A stretch of 64,000 nucleotides of DNA from Mobula hypostoma. Its lineage: Eukaryota. The position numbers and the translations under genes were made by a program. Below the pieces are notes generated by a model that was not told the origin of the DNA, ran no database searches, and saw nothing but the letters and a program-made list of their open reading frames with translations. Positions 51,901 through 64,000 of this stretch are shown here, in pieces; position 1 is the first letter of the stretch, and every line of letters starts with the position of its first letter. The stretch covers positions 101,620,001 through 101,684,000 of the forward strand of contig NC_086097.1 of the NCBI RefSeq assembly GCF_963921235.1. The letters run 5' to 3'.

Positions 51901-53892
51901 TTATAAATTTCCCACCACCCTGCACTACTAAAAAATGACAGGAGTTTTTAGGCACGGTGGATATCTATCACCGCTTCATTCTGCGAGATGCTGAACTTAT
52001 GCTCCCCCTGTAGAGTGCGCTTAAAGGTAATACCCCCAATCACGTGCTTGACTGGTCAGTGGACGTGACCAGGGCATTTGGTGACACCAAACGAGCTGTT
52101 TCCAATGAGACCCTATGGCCGCTCCCACTCCCCAACACACCATTACTATTGATGTCTCAGACTGTGCCGTGGGTGCTGTGCATGAACAGTTGTTTGGAGA
52201 CGTGAGGCAGCCGCTCGCCTTCTTCAGCCGGCAGCTCCATCCCCCCGAAAATGAAGTACAGCATGTTTGACTGTGAGCTTCTCAATCTGTAGCTGCCTGT
52301 CCGCCAGTTTCATTATCTTCCAGAGGGTCACCATTCCAGAGCAGTCATTGACCACATACCCCTCGTGCACATGTGGCCAAAACATCAGACTGTCAGTCTT
52401 CATGGCAGCAATGCCTCCTGGCCTATGTACCAGAGTTCACAACTGATATACAACATATCACGGGAAACAATAATGCTGCGGCTGATTGCCTCTCACGGCC
52501 AGCCACTGAGGCCGTACAGCTAGAGGATGACGATGCCAGCATGGCAGCCGACCAAGCTACTGACCCAGAGGTCCAAGCTTACTGAACAGCAGTCACGGGC
52601 CTGCAGTTGGCTGACATCAAGTTCGGGGAAGCTGCGGTTTCTCTCCTGTGCAATGTCCAGGCTGGTCGCCCTCGCCCCATTGTGCCTGCAAAATGGAGAA
52701 GGACTGTTTTTGCCTCTCACATCCAGGCCAGAAGGCCTCACAGAAACCGAATGCACTGACATTTGTTTGACACTGCCTCAGGAAGATGTGCACAATTGGA
52801 CTGCAGCCTGTGTGGAGTGTCAGCGGGCAAAAATTAACCGTTGTGTTCAGGCACCTTTTGAGGTTCCTGAGCAATGGTTTGACCATGTCAATGTGGATCT
52901 AGTTGGTCCTTTTCTCCCCTCCCGTGGTTTCACACACCTCCTTACCACGATGGACCACACCACCAGGTGCCAGAGGTTGTGCCTCCAGCATCGACAATGG
53001 CGACAGACATGGCTTGACATTCATTAGCACCTGGGTTGCTCGGTTTGGTGCCCCATTTGATATTTCCTCTGACCATGGTCCCCAATTCATTTCAGACCTC
53101 TGGGTTGTGATGGCCCAGAACTTTGGTGTTAGGCTACATCACAACACGGTGAATCACCCGCAGTCCAATGGCCTATGCGAGCAGTTTCACTGCTCCTTAA
53201 AGGCTGCTCTGAGGGCTTCCCTGACCGATGAGTGTTTGCATGATCGTCTCCCGTGGGTCCTGCTGGGGCTCAGAACAGCTCTGAAAGAGGACCTGCAGTC
53301 ATCTGTGGCTGAGTTGGTATATGGACAACTGTCATGAGTGCCAAGTGATTTCATTCCTGACACCTCGACCGCCTGGTCGTCCTCTCAACAGTGTTCCACC
53401 CTCCTCAGTAAATTCAATTCCTTTGCACTTATTCCTACCTCCCATCGTGGCGCACAGCACCCTTGGGTTCCTGTTGACCTACATTCCACCTTGTTTGTTT
53501 TCATCTGCCATGACGCACAGCAGCGTTCCCTTAGGCCTCATTTCGATAGCCCGTTCCACGGAATGGGGAGAAAATAATTTTTTCATAGATAAGAGGGTAA
53601 ACCTGAACGTATTTCAGTAGATCACCTTAAACTGGCCCGCCAAGATTGGGAGTATTCTGCTGCCAAGCCCCTGCCGTTACAACATGACCATGAGCATGTC
53701 AACACCCCCCGGACAAGCCAGAGACACCTGCGGTTCCTCCACCCAGGGAACACAGGACCCCAGCTGGGCAGCTCATCTGAGCTCCAGGCTGGCCCACAAT
53801 CCCACAATACCGGTTTTAGTGAATTCTGAGGTGAGGTGGGGGGGGTAACGTAATTGGGAGAAATAAACATAATGTCACTTCACTCTTTAAGA
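48977..53892 (+). mobile_element. Degenerate Ty3/Gypsy LTR retrotransposon (5' LTR about 48977-49179, PBS, gag, PR, RT, RNase H, IN, PPT, truncated 3' LTR)
   Basis: TG...CA LTR then TGGTGACC PBS; gag remnant WFVQAEA; FSKVDLVRGY, PFGLKNAAQTFQ, ADCLSR, SDHGPQF, HPQSNGLCEQFH; G-rich PPT near 53833-53846 then gggagaaat.aacataat matching the 5' LTR. Confidence 0.88.
49361..50216 (+). mobile_element. Solo LTR (856 bp) of a different retroelement, inserted in the Gypsy gag
   Basis: Ends TGTTACG...CGTAACA (7-bp inverted); 4-bp TSD AGTG; GATAAAAA TATA-like box near 49590 and AATAAA near 50128. Confidence 0.9.
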
Positions 53893-54747
53893 ATGGAAGA
53901 AGGCAAAAGAAAGGAAATTATAGACCAGTTGGGAAAGTGTTGGAGTTCATTATTAAGGATGAGCTTTTGAGGTACCAGGGTGGACAAAGGAGAGGCAGTG
54001 GATGTTACTTACTTGTATTTTTAAGATGGTAGATGGCTGACTTTGAAATTGTCTTAATGTAGCAGTTAAAGTTAATTCAAAGTCCACCACAACACCAAGG
54101 TTGCTGGCTTGGTTTGTGTATTGTAACAACAGGGATTCAAAGTGAGTACTGACTTTTAATCACTCTTTTTTAGCACCAAAAGCAATTATCTCAGTTTTCT
54201 CTTTGTTTAACTAGAGGAAATTTTGACTCAGTCAAACAGTGATTTGTTCAATACAGAGTAAAAAGTTCCTCGAAAATGGAGACGCAGGGGCATAAGAAAA
54301 GGCATTTGGACCATTTGCTTTCATCGGCCATCAAGTACAAGAGCTGGGACGTTAAGTTACAACTTTACAAGGTGCAGATGAGACACAGTTGGAGGAGTGC
54401 ACGCAGTTCCGGGCACACAGTTCTGGCAAGGATATCAGGAAAGTTTCTGGATCGGGGGGCTTGGGTTACATGAAGAAGCTGGACAGGTTGGGCCTCTTTT
54501 CTCAGGGTAAAGGGGTCTGAGGGATGACTTTATAAAACCCCAACAGGCATAGATAAGATGAATGGTCACAGTCTTTTCCCCAGGGTAGGGCTATCTAAAA
54601 CTAGAGGGCATAGATTTAAGTTGAGAACCCCTGGTATTAGAAGTCCTCTGCTGTGGCCTGCACCAGAGTTTCTGGTGTGGACAGGAACCCAGAGTATCCG
54701 GAGCTGAAAGAGCTGCCCACCAAAGGATAGAGCAGAAGTGTGGCGGT

Positions 54748-55649
54748 GCTGTCCCGATCCCATTCACTCACGATCCGGCGCTATCTGGGTCCCATCCACT
54801 CGCGATCCGGCGCTATCTGGGTCCCATCCACTCGCGGTCGGGCGCTGTCCCGGTCCCGTTCACTCGCGATCCAGCGCTGTCCCAGTCCCGTTCACTCGCG
54901 ATCCGGCGCTATCTGGGTCCCATCCACTCGCGGTCGGGCGCTGTCCCGGTCCCATTCACTCGCGATCTGGTGCTGTCCCGGTCCCATTCCCTTGCGATCC
55001 AGCGCTGTCCCGGTCCCATTCCCTCGTGATCCAGCGCTGTCCCGGTCCCGTTCACTCGCGATCCAGCGCTGTCCCGGTCCCATTCCCTTGCGATCCAGCG
55101 CTGTCCCGGTCCCATTCCCTCGTGATCCAGCGCTGTCCCGGTCCCGTTCACTCGCGATCCAGCGCTGTCCCAGTCCCGTTCACTCACGATCCGGCGCTGT
55201 CCCGGTCCCGTTCACTCGCGATCCAGCGCTGTCCCAGTCCCGTTCACTCGCGATCCGGCGCTATCTGGGTCCCATCCACTCGCGGTCGGGCGCTGTCCCG
55301 GTCCCGTTCACTCGCGATCCGGTGCTGTCCCGGTCCCATTCCCTTGCGATCCAGCGCTGTCCCGGTCCCGTTCACTCGTGATCCAGCGCTGTCCCAGTCC
55401 CGTTCACTCGCGATCCGGCGCTATCTGGGTCCCATCCACTCGCGGTCGGGCGCTGTCCCGGTCCCGTTCACTCGCGATCCGGTGCTGTCCCGGTCCCATT
55501 CCCTTGCGATCCAGCGCTGTCCCGGTCCCGTTCACTCGTGATCCAGCGCTGTCCCAGTCCCGTTCACTCGCGATCCGGCGCTGTCCTGGTCCCGTTCACT
55601 CGCGATCAGGCGCTGTCCTGCTCCCGTTCACTCGCGATCAGGCGCTGTC
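54748..55649. repeat. CpG-rich minisatellite, about 28 x 32 bp (GCTGTCCCGGTCCCGTTCACTCGCGATCCRGC)
   Basis: Direct tandem copies; variant units recur at 96-bp and 160-bp spacing. Confidence 0.95.
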
Positions 55650-56461
55650 CATTTTACCTGCCACGGGAGACTTTACCAATCTTTTTGCTAGTGGTGTATA
55701 TTCCACCTCAGGGTAATGTCAAACAGGCTTTAGATGAACTGAGCGATGTAACCAAGAGGAATGAAACAGCACACCCTGATGTATTCCCCATCATTAACTA
55801 GGCCAGCTTGATAAGGTCACTAATAATTATTACCAACAATTCACCTATAGTACCAGAGGAGGTAACACATTGAACCACTATTACACTAAGACCAAGAGTG
55901 CCTACTGTGCTATCCCACGTCCACACCTTGGAAAGTCTGATCACCTGGCTGTACTTCTGCTCCCTGAGTATAGGCAGAGACTGAAGACTGCAGCACTGGT
56001 AGTGAGGACCAAGAATGTATGGACAAGGGAAGCACAGGAGCATCTACAGGACTGCTTTGAATCAGTGGACTGGATTATGTTCAGGGAGTCATCTTGGAAT
56101 CTGGATGAGTATGCCACAGTTGTCACGGACTTCATTAAAACCTATGTGAATGAGTGTGTGCCTATGAAAACTTGCTGTACATTCCCAAACCAAAAGACAT
56201 GGATGAACCAGAAACTTCCAGCTTGCTAAGGGCTAGATCTGTGGCATTTAAGCCTGGTGATCTAGGTCTGTAAAGAAAGCTAGGTATGATTTGCGGAGGG
56301 CTACTTCAGGAGTGAAGAGACAATTTTGAATGAGGTTGGAGGCGACATTGGATGTACGGCACCTCTGGCAGGGTTTGCAAGACATTACTTCCGACAAAGC
56401 AAAACCCAATAGCATGAATGGCAGTGATGTTTCACTACCAGATGAACTCAACACCTTCTAA

Positions 56462-56720
56462 GGTGCTTTGCTTTTAGTTAGTTGCACGGTGGGTTTTTTT
56501 TTGGGGGTTTTTTTTTCTTTTTTTTCCATTGATATATATATAAAATTTAGTATACTATTATGTTATCTTGGTTTTTTATGTTTAAATTACATTGTAGTAT
56601 TTTTTTTGGTATTGATACCTTCTGGAATTTTATTATATTTTAACATTGTATTAATGTTTATATGCTTTACCTTTTTGTATACTTATTCAATAAAAAGATT
56701 TAAAAAGAAAGAAAGAAAGG
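56462..56720 (+). mobile_element. 3' UTR fragment of the same L1 family as 38398-42454
   Basis: Near-identical reverse complement of about 38400-38655; ends AATAAAAAGATTTAAAAAG(AAAG)n. Confidence 0.88.
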
Positions 56721-57951
56721 AAGAATAAAATTACAACTGTGAGGATCCCTGCTGCACCCGGTGACCCTGTGATCTCTGCCTCGGAGGCCGATGTTAGGCT
56801 GTCAGGAGGGTGACCCTTGCAAGGTGGCAGGCCCCAACGGAGTACCTGGTAAGGCCCTGAAAACCTGTGCCAACCAACTGGCAGGAGTATTTAAGGACAT
56901 TTTCAACCTCTCACTGCTATGGTCAGAAGTATCCATTTGCTCCAAAAGGGTGACAATTATACCAGTTCCCACGATGAGTAGTGTGAGCTGCCTTAATGAC
57001 TATCGCCCAGTAGCACTCACATCGACAGTGATGAAATGCTTTGAGAGGTCGGTCATGGCTAGAATGAACTCCTGCCTCAGCAAGGAACTGGACCCATTGC
57101 AATTTGCCTATCGCCACAATAGGTCACATGGCCTTCAACTATCTGGACAATAGAAACACCTATGTCAGGATGCTGTTCATTGACATAAACAGTTCGGCGT
57201 TTAACACCATCATTCCAAGGGTCCTGATTGATAAGCTACAGAACCTGGGCCTCTGTACCTCCCTCCAACTGGATCCTCGACTTCCTAACTGGAAGACCAC
57301 AATCTGTGTGGATTGGTGATGACATCTCCACCTCGCTGGCAATTAACACTGGTGCACCTCAGGGGAGTGTGCTTAGCCCACTGTTCTACTCTCTGTATAC
57401 ACATGACTGTGTGGCTCAAATACCATCTATAAATTTGCTGACGATACAACCATTGTTGGTAGAGTCTCAGGTGGTGACGAAAGGGCATACAGGGGTGAGA
57501 TATGCCAACTTGTGGAATGGTGCCACAGCAACAACCTGGCACTCAACGTCAGTAAGACAAAAGAGCTGATTACACTGCTTCAGAAAGGGTAAGATGAGGA
57601 AACAAACCAACCCTCATAAGGGGAATCAGAAGTGGAGAGAGTGAGCAACTTCAAGTTCCTGGGTGTCAAGATCTCTGAGGACCTAACATGGTCCCAACAT
57701 ATCAATGCAGCTGTAAAGAAGGCAAGACAGCGACTATACTTCATTAGGAGTCTGAGGAGATTTGGTTTGTCACCTAGGCCACTCAAAAACTTCTATAGAT
57801 GTACCGTGGAGAGAATTCTGGCAGGGTGGACCACTGTCTGGTATGGGGGGGGGGGGTGCGGCTACTGCACAAGATTGAAGTAGGTTGCAGAAAGTGTAGT
57901 ATCCAAGACAACTTCAAGGAGCAGTGCCTCAGAAAGGCGGCTTTCATTAAA

Positions 57952-60900
57952 CAGATCCCTCCTAAACAGATATACTGTTTTGGATATTGCTGGGGGAGAT
58001 GTCTCATCCGGGGAAGGCAGCAGTAGCCGAGTTCATGGCACCATGGGTGGCTATGTGGCACAGGAGGAAAGGAAAAGGAGTGGGAGAGCTATAGCGATAG
58101 GGGATTCGATTGTAAGGGGAATAGATAGGCGTTTCTGCGGCCGCAAACGAGACTCCAGGAGGGTATGTTGCCTCCTTGGTGCAAGGGTCAAGGATGTCTC
58201 TGAGCGGCTGCAGGACATTCTGGAGTGGGAGGGTGCACATAGGCAACAACGATATAGGTAAAAAACGGGATGAGGTCCTACAAGGTGAATTTAGGGAGTT
58301 AGGAGATAAACTAAAAAGTAGAACCACAAAGGAAATAATCTCTGGATTACTACCAGTGCCATGTGCTAGTCAGAGTAGAAACAGGAGGATATATCAGATG
58401 AATACGTGGCTTGAAAAATGGTGCAAGGGGGAGGGATTCAAATTTCTGGGGCATTGGAACCAGTTCTGGAGGAGGTGGGACCGGTACAAACAGGACGGTC
58501 TACACCTGGGCTGGACTGGAACCAATGTCCTAGGGGGAGCGTTTGCTACTGTTGTTCAGGAGGATTTAAACTAATGTGGCAGGGGGATGGGAACAAGTGC
58601 AGAGAGACAGAGGGGTGTAAAATGAGGGTAGAAGCAAAAAGTAGTAAGGTGAAAAGTAAAAGTGGCAGGCAGGCAAATCCAGGGCAAAAATCAAAAAGGG
58701 CCACTTTTCAACATAATTGTATAAGGGCTAAGAGTGTCGTAAAAACAAGCCTGAAGGCTTTGTGTGTCAATGCAAGGAGCATTCGTAACAAGGTGGATGA
58801 ATTGAATGTGCTGATAGTTATTAATGAATATGATATAGTTGGGATCACAGAGACATGGCTCCAGGGTGACCAAGGATGGGAGTTCAACATTCAGGGATAT
58901 TCAACATTCAGGAGGGATAGACATGAAAGAAAAGGAGGTGGGGTAGCGTTGCTGGTTAGAGAGGAGATTAACGCAATAGAAAGGAAGGACATTAGCCGGG
59001 AGGATGTGGAAGCGATATGGGTAGAGCTGCATAACACTAAGGGGCAGAAAACGCTGGTGGGAGTTGTGTACAGGCCACCTAACAGTAGTAGTGAGGTTGG
59101 AGATGGTATTAAACAGGAAATTAGAAATGTGTGCAATAAAGGAACAGCAGTTATAATGGGTGACTTCAATCTACATATAGATTGGGTGAACCAAATTGGT
59201 AAGGGTGCTGAGGAAGAGGATTTCTTGGAATGTATGCGGGATGATTTTCTGAACCAACATGTCGAGGAACCAACTAGAGAGCAGGCTATTCTAGACTGGA
59301 TATTGAGCAATGAGGAAGGGTTAGTTAGCAATCTTGTCGAGCGAGGCCCCTTGGGTAAGAGTGACCATAATATGGTGGAATTCTTCATTAAGATGGAGAG
59401 TGACATAGTTAATTCAGAAACAAAGGTTCTGAACTTAAAGAAGGCTAACTTTGAAGGTATGAGACGTGAATTAGCTAAGAGAGACTGGCAAATAATACTT
59501 AAAGGGTTGACAGTGGATATGCAATGGCAAGCATTTAAAGATCGCATGGATGAACTACAACAATTGTTCATCCCAGTTTGGCAAAAGAATAAACCAGGGA
59601 AGGTAGTGCACCCGTGGCTGACAAGGGAAATTAGGGATAGTATCAATTCCAAAGGTGAAGCATACAAATTAGCCAGAAAAAGCGGCACACCTGAGGACTG
59701 GGAGAAATTCAGAGTCCAGCAGAGGAGGACAAAGGGCTTAATTAGGAAAGAGAAGAAAGATTATGAGAGAAAACTGGCAGGGAACATAAAAACTGACTGT
59801 AAAAGCTTTTATAGATACGTGAAAAGAAAAAGATTGGTTAAGACAAATGTAGGTCCCTTACAGTCAGAAACAGGTGAATTGATTATGGGGAACAAGGACA
59901 TGGCAGACCAATTGAATAACTACTTTGGTTCTGTCTTCATGAAGGAGGACATAAATAATCTTCCAGAAATAGTAGGGGACAGAGGGTCCAGTGAGATGGA
60001 GGAACTGAGGGAAATGCATGTTCGTAGGGAAGTGGTGTTAGGTAAATTGAAGGGATTAAAGGCAGATAAATCCCCAGGGCCAGATGGTCTGTATCCCAGA
60101 GTGCTTAAGGAAGTAGCCCAAGAAATAGTGAATGCATTAGTGATAATTTTTCAAAACTCTTTAGATTTTGGAGGATTGGAGGGTGGCTAATGTAACCCCG
60201 CTTTTTAAAAAAGGAGGGAGAGAGAAACCAGCGAATTATAGACCGGGTAGCCTAACATCGGTGGTGGGGAAAATGCTAGAGTTAGTTATCAAAGATGTGA
60301 TAACAGCACATTTGAAAAGCAGTGAAATGATCGGACAAAGTCAGCATGGATTTGTGAAAGAAAAATCATGTCTGATAAATCTCATAGAATTTTTTGAGGA
60401 TGTAACCAGTAGAGTGGATAGGGGAGAACCAGTGGATGTGGTATATTTGGATTTTCAAAAGGCTTTTGACAAGGTCCCACACAGGAGATTAGTGTGCAAA
60501 TTTAAAGCACACGGTATTGGGGGTAAGATATTGGTGTGGATAGAGAATTGGCTGGCAGACAGGAAGAAAAGAGTGGGAATAAATGGGACTTTTTTAGAAT
60601 GGCAGGCGGTGACTAGTGGGGTACCACAAGGCTCAGTGCTGGGACCCCAGTTGTTTAAAGGCATCCATTAGTCTTGCAAGACCATGGATCTGCGCCTGGA
60701 AAGTCTTCGCCCTCCAGGGCGCGGGCCTGGGCAAGGTTGTATGGAAGACAGGCAGTTGCCCATGCTGCAAGTCTCCCCTCTCCACGACACTGATGTTGTC
60801 CAAGGGCATTAGGACCCATACAGCTTGGCACCAGTGTCGTCACAGAGCAATGTGTGATTAAGTGCCTTGCTCAAAGACACAATACGTTGCCTCGGCTGGG

Positions 60901-61955
60901 GCTCGAACTCATTACCTTCAGATCACTAGTCGAATGCCTTAACCACTTGGCCACGTGCCTAATTGTTTACAATATATATTAATGACTTAGGTGAGGGAAT
61001 TAAATGCAGCATCTCCAAGTCTGCGGATGACACGAAGCTGGGCGGCAGTGTTAGCAGTGAGGAGGATGCAAAGAGGATGCAGGGTGACTTGGATAGGTTG
61101 GGTGAGTGGGCAAATTCATGGCAGATGCAATTTAATGTGGATAAATGTGAGGTTATCCACTTTGGTGGCAAGAACAGGAAAACAGATTATTATCTGAATG
61201 GTGGCCGATTAGGAAAAGGGGAGGTGCAACGAGACCTGGGTGTCATTATACACCAGTCATTGAAAGTGGGCATGCAGATACAGCAGGCGGTGAAAAAGGT
61301 GAATGATATGCTGGCATTTATAGCAAGAGGATTCGAGTACAGGAGCAAGGAGGTTCTACTGCAGTTGTACAAGGCCTTGGTGAGATCACACCTGGAGTAT
61401 TGTGTGCAGTTTTGGTTCCCTAATCTGAGGAAAGACATTCTTGCCACAGAGGGAGTACAAAGAAGGTTCACCAGATTGATTCCTGGGCTGGCAGGACTTT
61501 CGTATGAAGAAAGACTGGATCGACTAGGCTTATACTCACTGGAATTTAGAAGATTGAGGGGGGATCTTACTGAAACGTATAAAATTCTAAAGGGATTGGA
61601 CAGGCTAGATGCAGGAAGATTGTTCCCGATGTTGGGGAAGTCCAGAATGAAGGGTCACAGTTTAAGGATAAAGGGGAAGAATTTTAGGACCGAGATGAGG
61701 AAAAACTTCTTCACACAGAGAGTGGTGAATCTGTGGAATTCTCTACCACAGGAAACAGTTGAGGCCAGTTCATTGGCTATATTTAAGAGGGAGTTAGATA
61801 TGGCCCTTGTGGCTAAAGGGATCAGGGGGTATGGAGAGAAGGCAGGTACAGGGTTCTGAGTTGGATGATCAGCCATGATCATACTGAATGGCGGCGCAGG
61901 CTCGAAGGGCCGAATGGCCTACTCCTGCACCTATTTTCTATGTTTCTATTTTTCT
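57952..61955 (+). mobile_element. Young CR1 LINE (ORF1 esterase part, ORF2, 3' tail) inserted into the Rex1 element
   Basis: [47 protein letters not shown]; (TTTCTA)-type tail; ATTAAA repeated at 57946-57951 and 61956-61961. Confidence 0.95.
60658..60962 (-). mobile_element. tRNA-derived SINE inserted in the CR1 RT
   Basis: Minus strand A box TGGCCAAGTGG and B box GAGTTCGAGCC, then a GTGTCTTTGAGCAAGGCACTTAA core; 7-bp TSD TTGTTTA (60651-60657, 60963-60969). Confidence 0.88.
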
Positions 61956-62458
61956 ATTAAAGACCCCCACCACCCAGGACATGCCCTCTTCTCATTGTTA
62001 CCATCAGGGAGGAGGGACAGAAGCCTGAAGGTTTCGGAAGCGATTCAGGAACAGCTTCTTCCCCTCTGCCATTCGATTCCTAAATGGACATTGAACCCAT
62101 GAACACTACCTCACTTTATTTTAAATTTCTGTTTTTGCACTACTTATCAAAATTTAACATACATATCTATGCCATGCGCAATTCAGTTCTTTTTCTATAT
62201 GTATCATGTACAACATTGTACTGCTGCCACAAGGTTAACAAATTTCACAACACATGCCGTGACATTAACCTGATTAAAATCTCAGGCCACATGTTCCACT
62301 TAACACCAGTTCTCAGCCTTGTTTCATTGTAGGGGTTCTGCTGAAGTTCCTAGCTGCAGCCAGACTCTTGAATATTGGACAAAAATGGATTTACCCCTCT
62401 GATCTTTATCATCACCCCCTGCCACGTGCTCCCCAGTGACAACACAACTGCTACTCAC

Positions 62459-62526
62459 GGTCACGGCTGTAGTCATCCACCAGGATGATTTCCTGGATGA
62501 GCCTGGGAGGACTGCGATTTAGGATG
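62459..62526 (-). CDS. GALNT16: GALNT16-like exon (68 nt): (S)[22 protein letters not shown](P)
   Basis: Minus strand ttccacAG acceptor and GTgagt donor; EIILVDD motif of GalNAc-transferases; phase joins the next exon. Confidence 0.93.
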
Positions 62527-62827
62527 CTGTGGAAAGCAGTGAGAAGTGTAAATCGTTACCAAGTAAGTGTCAAACATGCAAACCACATCCACCCCCAACT
62601 CCCCACCCACTGTTGTCCCCCAAACACATGGCTATAAACTTAACCGAGAGCATCAGCACCAGATTGGACCCGTGAACCCACTGAATCATCAAGCATTCGT
62701 GCGACCTTGGCCAGACACCCTTCTTGTTTCGATCTCTTAGGAGAAGATACAGCAGCTTGGAAGACCATATGATCAGAAGTCCACCCGGCTGCTAACAGAC
62801 TTCTGAAATAATCATTACTTTCTAATC

Positions 62828-64000
62828 CCGCACTACACTACAGTCACCGTACCATACATCACACCGCACTACAGTCTCCGTACCGTACGTCACACCACAC
62901 TATGAGACTGTACGTCACACCACACTACAGTCACTGTACCGTACATCACACCGCACTACAGTCTCCGTACTGTACGTCACACCACACTACAGTCACTGTA
63001 CCGTACGTCACACCGCACTACAGTCTCCGTACCATACGTCACACCACACTGAGACTGTACATCACACCACACTACAGTCACTGTACCGTACATCACACCG
63101 CACTACAGTCTCCGTACTGTACATCACACCACACTACAGTCACTGTACCGTACGTCACACCGCACTACAGTCTCCGTACTGTACGTCACACCGCACTACA
63201 GTCTCCGTACCGTACATCACACCGCACTACAGTCTCCGTACCGTACGTCACACCACACTACAGTCTCCGTACCGTACATCACACCGCACTACAGTCTCCG
63301 TACCGTACGTCACACCACACTACGAGACTGTACGTCACACCACACTACAGTCACTGTACCGTACATCACACCGCACTACAGTCTCCGTACTGTACATCAC
63401 ACCACACTACAGTCACTGTACCGTACGTCACACCGCACTACAGTCTCCGTACTGTACGTCACACCGCACTACAGTCTCCGTACCGTACATCACACCGCAC
63501 TACAGTCTCCGTACCGTACGTCACACCACACTACAGTCTCCGTACCGTACATCACACCGCACTACAGTCTCCGTACCGTACGTCACACCACACTATGAGA
63601 CTGTACGTCACACCACACTACAGTCACTGTACCGTACATCACACCGCACTACAGTCTCCGTACTGTACGTCACACCACACTACAGTCACTGTACCGTACG
63701 TCACACCGCACTACAGTCTCCGTACCATACGTCACACCACACTGAGACTGTACGTCACACCACACTACAGTCACTGTACCGTACATCACACCGCACTACA
63801 GTCTCCGTACTGTACATCACACCACACTACAGTCACTGTACCGTACGTCACACCGCACTACAGTCACTGTACCGTACGTCACACCGCACTACAGTCTCCG
63901 TACTGTACGTCACACCGCACTACAGTCTCCGTACCGTACATCACACCGCACTACAGTCTCCGTACCGTACGTCACACCACACTACAGTCTCCGTACCGTA
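62828..64000. repeat. Minisatellite, about 31-bp unit (CACACCRCACTACAGTCWCYGTACYGTACRT) with shorter GAGAC variants; runs off the window
   Basis: Direct tandem copies over more than 1.1 kb. Confidence 0.95.

Larger units (their letters stand above)
54740..62285 (+). mobile_element. Rex1/Babar LINE (EN, RT, 3' end), interrupted by a minisatellite, an L1 tail and a CR1
   Basis: [51 protein letters not shown]; resumes at about 61956 as IKDPHHPGHALFSLLPSG. Confidence 0.88.

Noticed and set aside
54738..55716. Long ORFs (267, 213 and 112 aa) as proteins
   Set aside because: By-products of a stop-poor 32-bp GC-rich tandem repeat; open in several frames on both strands.
60870..60960. tRNA gene
   Set aside because: A and B boxes are present, but it continues into a SINE body with a TSD, and I could not form a convincing full cloverleaf.

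Overview
Eukaryotic (vertebrate) genomic DNA. The repeat content (CR1, Rex1/Babar, Penelope-like, Tc1, Gypsy, L1) suggests a cartilaginous fish, possibly a ray; this is an inference. The window lies inside one minus-strand gene, a GALNT16-like polypeptide N-acetylgalactosaminyltransferase. I read 11 consecutive GT-AG exons (62459-62526 down to 1475-1591, 1099 nt). They splice in frame through the GT-A catalytic domain (DSH and WGGEN motifs) into the ricin-type lectin domain; the first and last exons were not found and presumably lie outside the window. The introns consist mostly of nested transposable elements, many with readable target-site duplications (TSDs). The most notable observation is a young 215-bp non-coding element present twice (20787-21001, 28773-28987). 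Each copy has a 15-bp TSD and a perfect 82-bp hairpin, and carries an intact minimal Penelope-type hammerhead ribozyme at the hairpin apex. The two copies differ by a compensatory base pair and bracket one GALNT16 exon; older relatives are scattered through the window. Also notable: a triplicated exon end and splice donor, and a CpG-rich minisatellite apparently born from LINE coding sequence. Boundaries of old TE fragments are approximate, and family names rest on recalled motifs, not database searches.
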